A DNA stretch of 32,000 bases from Halomicronema hongdechloris C2206 (GTDB lineage: Bacteria; Cyanobacteriota; Cyanobacteriia; Phormidesmidales; Phormidesmidaceae): positions 5,040,001-5,072,000 of the forward strand of contig NZ_CP021983.2 of the NCBI RefSeq assembly GCF_002075285.3, in the 5' to 3' direction. Shown here piece by piece: positions 9,310 to 18,117 of the stretch; position 1 is the stretch's first letter; the number at the start of each line of letters is the position of its first letter. Position numbers and translations under genes: made by a program. Below the pieces are notes generated by a model. That model was not told the origin of the DNA, ran no database searches, and saw nothing but the letters and a program-made list of their open reading frames with translations.

Positions 9310-10545
9310 ATGGATTATAAGCAGGAGTTAATCACCACGATTCATGATCTAGGCTGCGATCTGGAGCAGTTGAATGAGCGCCTAAGCGAACTCAGCCAAA
9401 CTCAGCCGACGGCTGTTCTAGTACCGTCGCTCTATGAAGAGCTTGAGCGTCCTGCCCTGGCTACTATTCGGGATCACTTAACCCAATGTCATTTTATTAA
9501 CAACGTTTTCATCTGTCTCTATGCCAAAACCCGTGAGCAATTTGTCCGGGCAGTTCAGTTCTTCGAACCCTTGCCGCAACCAACGTTGATTCTCTGGGAG
9601 AATGGCCCCCGAGTGACGGAGATTTTAGCCGTCTTGCAAGAGCGGGGGTTTGACCTGTTGAAGTTTCGGGGCAAAGGACGGGCCGTGTGGCTGGGCATCG
9701 GTCTGGCTTCTCTAGAAGCTGCCGCCATCGCCCTCCATGACGCTGACATCACCACTTATGATCGCTCTTACCCCTTGAAACTGTTGTTTCCCTTGTTAGA
9801 GCGAGAGTTTGGTATTGCTTTCAGCAAGGCCTATTATGCCCGCCTGGGGAATCATCCCCGTAGTCTCCATGGCCGAGTCACCCGGTTGTTTGTGACGCCA
9901 TTGATTACCTCCTTAATGGAGCTATTTGGTTATAAAGACTATCTACGCTATCTCAACGCCTATCGTTACCCCCTCTCTGGGGAGTTTGCCCTCACCAGTG
10001 ATTTGGCTCTGAATACTCGCATCCCGGCCAATTGGGGCTTGGAGGTGGGGCTGTTGGCCGAGGTCTATCGCAACGTGGCCCTCAAGCGCATTGCCCAGGT
10101 GGACTTGGGCTGCTTCGAGCACAAGCATCAACCCCTGAGTCAATCCCCCGGGGAAGGGTTGCACAAGATGTGTCGAGATATTCTGCAATCGGTGTTGCGA
10201 ACCTTGACCGAAACGGAACAAGTGGTGATCAGCATGGACCATATTCGGGCCCTGCGGGTGAAGTTTCGACGAGAGGCCCAAAACCTAACCCGTCAGTACT
10301 TTGTGGACGCTCGCTTTAACCATTTGCACTACGACCGCCACTTGGAGGAAATGACTCTGGAGAGTTTTGAGCAGGTTATTTTAGAGGCAGGCGAAGACTA
10401 TCTTAAGGACCCAGCTGGAACGCAAATTCCTGACTGGACTAGAGCCCTAGCGGTCATGCCTGACCTGCGGGAAAAATTGCGGGATGCAGTGATCTCAGAT
10501 ATGGCGGATGCTCGGGATCCCCTGATTTCCTACGAGGCAGTTTAA
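9310..10545 (+). CDS. Glycosyltransferase resembling MpgS/GpgS-type glycosyl-3-phosphoglycerate synthases
   Basis: 411 aa. N-terminal ITTIHD motif, GKGRAVWLG and HDADI motifs resemble the nucleotide-sugar and metal-binding segments of mannosyl/glucosyl-3-phosphoglycerate synthases. The family assignment is from memory and was not searched. Confidence 0.45.
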   Translation: MDYKQELITTIHDLGCDLEQLNERLSELSQTQPTAVLVPSLYEELERPALATIRDHLTQCHFINNVFICLYAKTREQFVRAVQFFEPLPQPTLILWENGPRVTEILAVLQERGFDLLKFRGKGRAVWLGIGLASLEAAAIALHDADITTYDRSYPLKLLFPLLEREFGIAFSKAYYARLGNHPRSLHGRVTRLFVTPLITSLMELFGYKDYLRYLNAYRYPLSGEFALTSDLALNTRIPANWGLEVGLLAEVYRNVALKRIAQVDLGCFEHKHQPLSQSPGEGLHKMCRDILQSVLRTLTETEQVVISMDHIRALRVKFRREAQNLTRQYFVDARFNHLHYDRHLEEMTLESFEQVILEAGEDYLKDPAGTQIPDWTRALAVMPDLREKLRDAVISDMADARDPLISYEAV

Positions 10546-10554
10546 TTCCAAAAT

Positions 10555-10560
10555 AAGGAG
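10555..10560 (+). promoter_or_regulatory. Shine-Dalgarno AAGGAG for the 275-aa ORF
   Basis: AAGGAG lies 7 nt upstream of ATG 10568. Confidence 0.5.
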
Positions 10561-10567
10561 TTCATCC

Positions 10568-11395
10568 ATGTCTGTTTCTGTTGGCAATGATGCAGCTGAT
10601 TCGGCCCGGCACCGCCAGGCTCTAGCTGATTTGGAGGCTTTCAGTCGCTCCCAGGAACCAGGGGTTTGGCCTCACTTGGATAAGGCTGAGATTATTGCGG
10701 AGATGCGATCGCATCTCCGTAACCCGTTTACCGTCAACCAGGGGCAGCAGCCCTTCTGTGGGCCAGCCTCTATTTTGTTTGAACTGATCCGCAAATTGCC
10801 CCAGCGCTATGTCACCCTAACTCGTGCCCTCTTCGAGACCGGCGGTTTTCAGGGCCACAGTCGCCAGATTCAGACCTCTGAGGCTCTGCGCCAGGCCAGC
10901 CAGGGCAATCTTCGCATGGGGCCTGCAGACTGGATGATCCTAGCCACCCTACGGGAATCAGAAAATTTAATCTTCCCGGTGGAACCCAACGCCCCCGAGA
11001 TCGTGCGCAACCTGGCCGGGATGACTAAGTCCTGGGAAATGAAAGGCTGGGTGCGAGAGATCTTAGGCTATCGCCACGTCGACTACAGGCACACCTACGT
11101 GCTGCGAGACCTCAGCGCCCTGCGCCACTCCCAAGAGGTGCTAAATCGAGGCGGCGTCGCCTTCGGCCTGATCACGGCCAGCACCCTGCTCACAGACAAG
11201 CCCGCCAAAATCGCCGTGCCTGAGCACTGGATTGCGATCGTGGGCAATGTGTCCATCCAGAAAGGCAGCTTTGGTCGCCACGACAGTGGCCATGTCAGCT
11301 TTGACTGCTTCACCTGGGCCAAACGGATGACCGTCGACGCCGACGAAGGTCCCTTTGAAGACGCTTTCTGGGGCGTGGTATTGGGTTGGAACTAG
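10568..11395 (+). CDS. Uncharacterised cytosolic protein with papain-like (clan CA) cysteine-peptidase-type motifs
   Basis: NQGQQPFCGPAS (Cys64, codon 10757-10759) resembles papain NQGSCGSCW. PEHWIAIVGN (His220, codon 11225-11227) resembles papain DHAVAAVGYG. FDCFTW (Asp246) sits where papain has NSW. No signal peptide or TM segment. Strong RBS. Confidence 0.45.
   Translation: MSVSVGNDAADSARHRQALADLEAFSRSQEPGVWPHLDKAEIIAEMRSHLRNPFTVNQGQQPFCGPASILFELIRKLPQRYVTLTRALFETGGFQGHSRQIQTSEALRQASQGNLRMGPADWMILATLRESENLIFPVEPNAPEIVRNLAGMTKSWEMKGWVREILGYRHVDYRHTYVLRDLSALRHSQEVLNRGGVAFGLITASTLLTDKPAKIAVPEHWIAIVGNVSIQKGSFGRHDSGHVSFDCFTWAKRMTVDADEGPFEDAFWGVVLGWN
10699..10718. repeat. 20-bp perfect palindrome centred on a HIP1 site
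   Basis: GGAGATGCGATCGCATCTCC is its own reverse complement. It lies inside the 275-aa ORF. Confidence 0.9.
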
Positions 11396-11827
11396 TTATC
11401 GAGTCAGGGCGCTGATTAAGATGCCTAAAAAGCTGGCAACCCCTAACAGGGTCAGGGCCGTAGCTACCGTCAAGCTGATAGACCGTCCCGGTCGATAGAG
11501 ATAGTCATCTCGCCGAATCAATCGCAGCACCTGACGATGCTCTAGGATGGCAGCCACCATGGCAAAGGTCCCCAAACCAATGAAACACAGGCCCAAGAGA
11601 CGCGCCATCGGGCTAGGATGACTGGCCTGGCTGATCTGGGTGCGGCCCAGGACAGCCACCAGCTGATCGATCCCAAAGCCAAAGCTAATTAGGGCCAAGC
11701 AGGTACGAATCCAAGCCATCAGAGTGCGCTCGGCGGCGGCTCGGTTACGTTCCTTGGCCAATTCGTTGTTCAGGTTATAGCGATTAGGGGCTAGGGATGG
11801 ATCCTCTGGCAGCATCGGCACAACCAT
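11396..11827 (-). CDS. DUF202 (YidH-like) inner-membrane protein
   Basis: The signature ERTLMAWIRTCLALISFGFGI is followed by two further hydrophobic helices. Confidence 0.7.
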   Translation of the reverse strand: MVVPMLPEDPSLAPNRYNLNNELAKERNRAAAERTLMAWIRTCLALISFGFGIDQLVAVLGRTQISQASHPSPMARLLGLCFIGLGTFAMVAAILEHRQVLRLIRRDDYLYRPGRSISLTVATALTLLGVASFLGILISALTR

Positions 11828-11836
11828 TCCCAGGGC

Positions 11837-12769
11837 TTACACTTCAAACTCACGGTTTCCGGCAGCAAGCTGCAAGACCATGGGATCTCCGTCATCTTGG
11901 TGATATTTATCGGCCCAATCCTGCAGTAATTTATCCAATTCTGCCAGCGCTTCGTCTTTTTTAGCCGGATCCACATCAAAGACCTCTAAGGCCCTCATGA
12001 CATAGGGCTCCTTCGCCACCCAAGCCTGCATCAGGCTAAAGAATCGGGCCACATCCTCAATCATGGTAAAGGCGCGTTCCCGCGGCCCCTTGGGCGAATG
12101 TGCCGTACGGGCCAAGGCAAACAATGGCATGGTCAGCAGGGGCGAGTCAATTTGCAATACTGTATCTGAGTAGAGCAATCGAAACTTGATGTGCTCTGTT
12201 AAAGCATCGCTGAGGGGCATGCGCTGATCCGGCGATAGATGCTCCTGGGATTTGACATGCAGCACCTTAATCAGGTCCATGAACTCGAATAAATCGAGCA
12301 GTCGGGCCGGGGGCAAGTCGTCTGGTAGCGACGCTTCAATCTGTTGGCGCTCACTGGCCATTAACCCCTGGGTATGAATTCTCGGGTTGCCGGGTGTCCA
12401 GGGATGGAGTTCTTGCCACAGGTGAGGTAGGCCGATGAGATAGTAGGGCTCCTGGGAACTCAGGGTCTTGAGGGATAGGCCCTTATTCAAGGCCTCCTGC
12501 ACCTCTTGGATGATGGCTTTTACCCGTTTAGGCTCCACGTGGTAGAGAAAGCCGGTTTTGCGAATATTGCCCCCCTGCTCTAGATAGGTGGTGTAAATGG
12601 CAAACTTGGCAGCCGTCGTGGCCGCATCTAGAAAGGCTCCATAGCGATGCCCTCCCATTTTCATGGCGCCCATGGCCAGATATAACAAGATCCGATCGGC
12701 TGGGCCAACCTCTAAGTTGAGGAGCGCCTTGTTATTCAGTTCAGTCTGGTTGTCAGAAGTAGTGGCCAC
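11837..12769 (-). CDS. Hypothetical protein, 310 aa, family not recognised
   Basis: Long ORF with coding-like composition, 9 nt upstream of the DUF202 gene. No motif I can assign (N-terminal GAMKMGGHRYGAFLDAATTAAKFAIYTTYLEQGG). Confidence 0.6.
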   Translation of the reverse strand: MATTSDNQTELNNKALLNLEVGPADRILLYLAMGAMKMGGHRYGAFLDAATTAAKFAIYTTYLEQGGNIRKTGFLYHVEPKRVKAIIQEVQEALNKGLSLKTLSSQEPYYLIGLPHLWQELHPWTPGNPRIHTQGLMASERQQIEASLPDDLPPARLLDLFEFMDLIKVLHVKSQEHLSPDQRMPLSDALTEHIKFRLLYSDTVLQIDSPLLTMPLFALARTAHSPKGPRERAFTMIEDVARFFSLMQAWVAKEPYVMRALEVFDVDPAKKDEALAELDKLLQDWADKYHQDDGDPMVLQLAAGNREFEV

Positions 12770-13182
12770 GCCTCATTTACCGGTGTGATTCAAATCTGAT
12801 AGGGAAAGCGGGTGGCAGATAAACCGCCCGGCCATTGCTACCCGTCCGGCTATTACTTAGAATGCTTCAGCCTATTAGATAGGAGGACCTTTCAGCAAGG
12901 AGTCAACCAGGCCATCCTCTCTAGAGTAACCATTTTCAAGGGATAACTGAGATCCGTTGATTCCCTTACTCCGTGGTTGTGATCATCGGCGAAGCCCTGT
13001 TAATCCCTAATTGGGGGCTTTTAGAAGAGATTCTATCCTTTAACGGGCAAAATTCAAGCCGGGACTGCCTTTTTTAGCGATTGGGGCTATTGATAGGGAC
13101 CCAGTCAACCCCCATCCTGTTCCAGCTATGCCCTGCGGTGTAGTGCTGATGTGTTGGCCCTGGAGCAGCTCTAGGCGGTGAG

Positions 13183-13944
13183 TTAGACCTTGGCCTTTAG
13201 CGACTCGCCGCGCCGGTGTCCCCTCTCTCCAGCTCCTTCTTCCCTGACTAGAGACAATAAATCAGTTTGACCAATTTCCAAAAATCCCAGGGCTTCTAGG
13301 GAAAGCTGGGGCTGATGCCACTGGTGCCAACTTTGGCGTATCATCGGCAGGGCGCTGAGGCCAATGAATAGGGCCACGGCTAGCCCGATCAGACCATCGG
13401 CCCACAGCCAGTGAAACAGACTGATGGTAATGGCGGCGATGATGACGCCTAGGGAACTGGCTAGGTCGGCCAGGACGTGCAGGAAGATCACTCGCACGTT
13501 TAGGTTGTCTGGAGCGCCTTGCCGCAAGACACCGACGTTGACGCTATTCACCAGTAGCCCCAGGACGGCGGTGACCACCATGGGCCAGCTCAGGATCTCG
13601 GCGGGGGGTACCTGCAAATGGTGCCAGGCTTCCCAGGCAATGAGGCCAGCCATGAGCAACAAGCCGGTGCTGTTGATCAGGGCCGCAATACTCTCGAGAC
13701 GATGACGGTGGGGGGAAAAGTGTCGGGCCAGGGAGGCCGTCGTGAGGGCAATGATAAGTGCGATCGCATCGGTGCAGAAATGCCCGGCATCGGCCAGAAG
13801 GGCAGTGCTATGGCTGAAACGACTCACTAGCCCCTCCAGTAAGCCATAGCCCAGCAACATTAGGACAACTCTCCCCAGCCAGGGAGAGGTACGTTGTCCC
13901 ATTCCCCACTGGCATGAACACAGGACGCGAAACGGCATCAACAT
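13183..13944 (-). CDS. Cation diffusion facilitator (CDF) family divalent-metal efflux protein with a very short C-terminal region
   Basis: TM2 HFCTD and TM5 HVLAD (HxxxD pairs of CDF metal site A), with six hydrophobic segments. The true start may be an internal Met. Confidence 0.7.
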   Translation of the reverse strand: MLMPFRVLCSCQWGMGQRTSPWLGRVVLMLLGYGLLEGLVSRFSHSTALLADAGHFCTDAIALIIALTTASLARHFSPHRHRLESIAALINSTGLLLMAGLIAWEAWHHLQVPPAEILSWPMVVTAVLGLLVNSVNVGVLRQGAPDNLNVRVIFLHVLADLASSLGVIIAAITISLFHWLWADGLIGLAVALFIGLSALPMIRQSWHQWHQPQLSLEALGFLEIGQTDLLSLVREEGAGERGHRRGESLKAKV

Positions 13945-14035
13945 TCAAACCCCAGTCACAGTCACCTATTCCAATCGATTGACTCTGATGCAACCTAGGC
14001 CAGGGCAGCCGTGGCTGCCCTCTGCCGTTCTCAGA

Positions 14036-14635
14036 CTATTCACTCGGTGTCGGTGTTCCAGTCTCCTCGTCCTCTGGAGCGGTCTCATCGTTACCGACAG
14101 GTGCGCCACAGTACTCATTCACCTGATTAATAATCTGAGATTCCGACGTAGACAGGTCTTCAATAGAACTCACCGCTGCCATCGTCTGCTGCTGAGACTC
14201 CTCGATCTTAGTCGGCAAATTAGCCTCAGACTCTACTGTAACCACCAGTTCCATGGCATCACTAGCCTGTTGCAGGGCACTGCTAAAGCCTTGCACCACT
14301 TCAACATAATCATCTCGAAACTGCACTAGCGTCTCATCCGACAACTCTGTGGCCTCCAGATCACTCACTAACCCATCTAAATCAGTGACCACTTGATCCA
14401 CAGCCGCTGTATATTGGCTGGCAGCTGATTTAATGTCATCTAGGCCATCAACCTGGGAAGCATTTTGACTGAAGCTCTGGATTTCAGTCTCAAACTCTTG
14501 CATAAAGCCCTGGGTTTGATTAACCACCTCCGCCAGACGATTACACTGGGACACCTTAGACTCGCCGCAACCGGCGATTATCAAGGCCACCAAACCTGCC
14601 GGAACTCCCCATAGGCGTGGGCGCAGCGTCAGCAT
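14036..14635 (-). CDS. Acidic helical lipoprotein, function unknown
   Basis: Signal peptide with lipobox LIIAG-C (MLTLRPRLWGVPAGLVALIIAGC). The mature part is rich in E, D, Q and S. Confidence 0.6.
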   Translation of the reverse strand: MLTLRPRLWGVPAGLVALIIAGCGESKVSQCNRLAEVVNQTQGFMQEFETEIQSFSQNASQVDGLDDIKSAASQYTAAVDQVVTDLDGLVSDLEATELSDETLVQFRDDYVEVVQGFSSALQQASDAMELVVTVESEANLPTKIEESQQQTMAAVSSIEDLSTSESQIINQVNEYCGAPVGNDETAPEDEETGTPTPSE

Positions 14636-14964
14636 GAACTTCTCCTCAGTCGTCTGAAATGAATAAGGCTGCCGTCAGTCTATACCCATACCGCCGCAAA
14701 CGGGTAAATCCAAGGTAAACGTCACCCAACCAGTCTTGAAATTGCCCCAGGCAATGTCCATGGAAACTTCATATCCGCGACGGTCTAACTCAGACAAGCC
14801 TGCAGCAGGCTGCCATTGACGCCTTATCCTAGGCCAGCCTTAGACGGTTCACTGCAGCAGCAATGACCGATCTCGAGCGGCCTTGGCATAGTTCATAGCA
14901 TAGCGAAGCTGGCCAAACGCCTCTGGTCAGCATTGATCTTTGCTGATCTAAATCATGGCTTGCC

Positions 14965-14970
14965 TATAAT
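14965..14970 (+). promoter_or_regulatory. Candidate -10 box (TATAAT) for the ycf51-like operon
   Basis: An exact TATAAT sits in a 510-bp intergenic region. The only -35-like hexamer is TTGCTG at 14940-14945, with a long 19-nt spacer. Confidence 0.2.
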
Positions 14971-15145
14971 GGCTCGCCTATAGGGGCTCGCCCATGACCG
15001 AATACGATTAGACATGGCGACTGCTGATAGGATCAGAACCAGTCGGTCAGTGGCTTTCGAAGGGAGTCTGCCGCCATCGCGGCCCACCTTCGACCATGAT
15101 TGGCCGCCTGGACAGATTAGCAACCTCTATTGTTACGATTGATCC

Positions 15146-15664
15146 ATGCCCACCCCTGATGAATTCATGCGAGCCGCCCAGTGGACCGGGGTTGCAGCCC
15201 TGATACTGGCAGGTATTACGGTTCTGGCCTTTGGGCTGGGCTGGGGTATTCGCTTCCGGCTAGTGGGGGTCACGAGTTTTACCGTGGTCCTGATGGCTGG
15301 CTTTTTTGGCCTCAGCTTTGAACCCTTCACGCCGACGGTGATACCGGGAGCCGTGTCCTATGCTACAGTATTCGACTCGGGGGCAAGCCAGATCGTCATT
15401 AAGGTTCCGCCTACAATCACGGAATCTCAACTTGAGGCCACGCTGCGACAGGCCGCTAGTAATCTACTGAAGCCCAGTCGGTTGAGTGGGCCAGGGGAAA
15501 CGCCCACCATTCGAGCCCGCACCATTCTGCATGACCCACCAGGGGTGTCTCAATTGGTCTACTTGGGTCAGATCCAGCCTGCTTCCCCATCCGACGATGA
15601 TGCCTTTAATATCGAGCTCTATCCAGATCAACTAGCCCGGATAGACACCTCACCCGATGCTTGA
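15146..15664 (+). CDS. ycf51: Ycf51-like (DUF2518) membrane protein
   Basis: Two N-terminal TM helices followed by a soluble domain. Its size and layout resemble cyanobacterial Ycf51. Assignment is from memory. Confidence 0.45.
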   Translation: MPTPDEFMRAAQWTGVAALILAGITVLAFGLGWGIRFRLVGVTSFTVVLMAGFFGLSFEPFTPTVIPGAVSYATVFDSGASQIVIKVPPTITESQLEATLRQAASNLLKPSRLSGPGETPTIRARTILHDPPGVSQLVYLGQIQPASPSDDDAFNIELYPDQLARIDTSPDA

Positions 15665-16844
15665 GATTATTGCTGAGCCTATGCCTTCCCTCACGTTGCC
15701 TGCCTTGGCCATCGCCCCGGCCCGCGTTATCCGGGGAGCTGGGATTTTGGCCACCTTGGCAGATGAGCTTACCCGCCTAGGTCGCCGTCCCCTACTCGTC
15801 GGCGGCCAGCGTTCCCTCCCCAAGGTCGTCCCTGAGTTAGCGCCCTGCCTGGAGAAGCTCGCTGTGGAGCAGGCAGTATACGGACCAGACTGCAGCGAGA
15901 CCAGCTTGGCTCGTTTACACGAGATCGTGGCCAGCCATCAGGCTGATCTGATTGTCGGCATCGGCGGGGGGAAGGCCCTGGATACCGCCAAGCTGCTGGC
16001 CCATCAGGCCCACCTGCCGATAGTCACCATTGCCACTTCGGCTGCCACTTGTGCCGCCTGGACAGCGTTATCCAATATCTACTCAGAAGCCGGGGCCTTT
16101 CTCTACGACGTTGCCTTGGATCGCGGTCCAGATCTGCTGGTCCTCGACTATGACGTGATTCAAACTGCCCCTCAGCGCACCCTGATTGCTGGCATCGGTG
16201 ATGCCCTAGCCAAATGGTACGAAGCTTCCGTTAGCAGTGGCCATTCTGAACAGTCTTTAGTGATTGCAGCCGTACAACAGGCCCGGGTGCTACGAGACAT
16301 CCTATTTCAAAAAACGCCCCAGGCTCTGGCTGAGTGGGGCGGCACTGCCTGGTGCGATGTGGTTGACGCCTCTGTCTTGTTGGCCGGCGTCGTCGGGGGT
16401 CTGGGCGGGGCCCAGTGCCGTACCGTAGCCGCCCACGCCGTCCACAATGGCCTCACCCATGTGGCCGCTAGTCATGGTACCCTCCACGGGGAGAAGGTGG
16501 CCTACGGCATCCTAGTGCAACTGCGATTAGAGGAAATGGGACCCAAGACCTCCCTGGCAGCGACCGCCCGCCAGCAGTTGCTGCAGTTCTACGATCGGAT
16601 TGGCTTGCCTCAGAGCCTCGATGACCTGGGCCTGGGCCAGATGTCTTTGGCTGATTTAAGGCAGGCTGCTACCGTCGCTTGCCGAGATGGTTCTGACATT
16701 TACCGTTTACCCTTCTCCGTCACTCCGGACGCATTGATGGCTGCCATGGTATCTTCCACCGCTGCAACCCCATGGGCCTCTAAAACCAATGCCTCCCAAC
16801 TTGATGACTTGTCCCATTCCCCCCAGGAGGAGGTAAGTCCATGA
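15657..16844 (+). CDS. Glycerol dehydrogenase-like, iron-containing alcohol dehydrogenase superfamily
   Basis: GIGGGKALDTAK nucleotide-binding motif. Metal ligands GIGDALAKW, AAHAVHNG and LHGEKVAYG match GldA-type Asp/His/His. It overlaps the upstream gene by 8 nt (ATGCTTGA). Confidence 0.75.
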   Translation: MLEIIAEPMPSLTLPALAIAPARVIRGAGILATLADELTRLGRRPLLVGGQRSLPKVVPELAPCLEKLAVEQAVYGPDCSETSLARLHEIVASHQADLIVGIGGGKALDTAKLLAHQAHLPIVTIATSAATCAAWTALSNIYSEAGAFLYDVALDRGPDLLVLDYDVIQTAPQRTLIAGIGDALAKWYEASVSSGHSEQSLVIAAVQQARVLRDILFQKTPQALAEWGGTAWCDVVDASVLLAGVVGGLGGAQCRTVAAHAVHNGLTHVAASHGTLHGEKVAYGILVQLRLEEMGPKTSLAATARQQLLQFYDRIGLPQSLDDLGLGQMSLADLRQAATVACRDGSDIYRLPFSVTPDALMAAMVSSTAATPWASKTNASQLDDLSHSPQEEVSP

Positions 16845-18046
16845 GTCTAGACTGGCTGCAGCCTGCTGAGCGAGTGACGGCCTTGCCGCCCTATGTATTT
16901 GCCCGCTTGGATGAACTCAAGGCTCGAGCCCGGGAGCAGGGTCTCGACTTGATCGACCTGGGCATGGGTAATCCCGATGGCCCCACCCCAGCCCCTGTGG
17001 TGGAAGCCGCCCAAGCCGCTATTCAGGATGCCGCCAACCATGGATATCCTCCCTTCGAAGGGACCGCCAGTTTCCGCCACGCCATTACCAGCTGGTATCA
17101 CCGTCGTTATGACGTCACCTTAGATCCAGACGGTGAAGCGCTGCCACTGCTAGGTTCAAAGGAAGGGCTGACCCACCTGGCTATGGCCTACATTAACCCC
17201 AGTGATATCGTTTTAGCCCCAACTCCGGCCTATCCCGCTCATTTTCGCGGACCTGCGATCGCAGGGGGCCACATCCACCATCTTCACCTTAGCCCCGACA
17301 ACGATTGGCTCATCGATTTAGGGGCGATTCCCGACGAGGTGGCCCGGCAAGCCAAAGTCCTGTTCTTCAACTATCCCAATAACCCCACCGCCGCCACCGC
17401 CCCCCGCGAGTTCTTCGAGGAGGTGGTTGCCTTTGCCCGCCGCCATGAAATTTTACTGGTGCATGATCTCTGCTACGCCGAGCTAGCCTTCGACGGCTTT
17501 CATCCCACCAGCCTCTTAGAGATCCCAGGCGCCAAGGACATCGGCGTTGAATTCCATACCCTATCCAAAACCTATAACATGGCCGGTTGGCGGGTCGGCT
17601 TTGTGGTCGGCAACCGCCATGTGATCCAAGGACTACGTACTCTTAAAACTAACCTCGACTACGGCATCTTTGCAGCCCTGCAGCGAGCTGCCGAGACGGC
17701 CCTGCAGCTGCCCGATGTCTACCTCCATGAGGTGCAATCTCGCTATTGCCGTCGCCGCGACTTCCTCATCGACGGCCTCGCCTCCTTGGGCTGGACTGTC
17801 CCCAAGACCCTAGCCACCATGTACCTTTGGGTCGCCTGTCCTCCCGGCGTAGGGTCTACGGACTTTGCCCTCTCGGTGTTACAGGAAACCGGCGTCGTGG
17901 TTACTCCTGGCAATGCCTTTGGCCCCGGAGGCGAAGGCTATGTGCGCATTAGCTTGATTGCCGATTGTACTCGTCTGGGGGAGGCTCTAGAGCGGCTACG
18001 GCAAGCCAATATTCGCTATCGCCCTGTGGCTACGGTAGATGCCTAA
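16841..18046 (+). CDS. Class I/II PLP-dependent aminotransferase (AspC/AlaA/DapL-like)
   Basis: LPPYVFARLDELK, DLGMGNPD, NYPNNPT and the PLP-lysine motif SKTYNMAGWRVG. ATGA overlap with the upstream gene. Confidence 0.8.
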   Translation: MSLDWLQPAERVTALPPYVFARLDELKARAREQGLDLIDLGMGNPDGPTPAPVVEAAQAAIQDAANHGYPPFEGTASFRHAITSWYHRRYDVTLDPDGEALPLLGSKEGLTHLAMAYINPSDIVLAPTPAYPAHFRGPAIAGGHIHHLHLSPDNDWLIDLGAIPDEVARQAKVLFFNYPNNPTAATAPREFFEEVVAFARRHEILLVHDLCYAELAFDGFHPTSLLEIPGAKDIGVEFHTLSKTYNMAGWRVGFVVGNRHVIQGLRTLKTNLDYGIFAALQRAAETALQLPDVYLHEVQSRYCRRRDFLIDGLASLGWTVPKTLATMYLWVACPPGVGSTDFALSVLQETGVVVTPGNAFGPGGEGYVRISLIADCTRLGEALERLRQANIRYRPVATVDA

Positions 18047-18117
18047 GGCAGTCACAGCCATCTCCCCGGCAAGCAGGCTAACGCTGTATAGTGTGGGTAA
18101 TCGGACAGGCTACTACT

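Noticed and set aside
13045-13075. Weak hairpin plus T6 (GGGCA...TGCCT TTTTT) in the 413-bp spacer as evidence for a + strand sRNA
   Set aside because: The stem has only 5 bp, one of them a wobble pair, with a 16-nt loop. I could identify no promoter or conserved motif, so this is too weak to report as a feature.
13979-14329. 116-aa + strand ORF
   Set aside because: It is antisense to the lipoprotein gene, which has a clear signal peptide and lipobox. The product is Arg/Leu/Cys-rich and non-protein-like.
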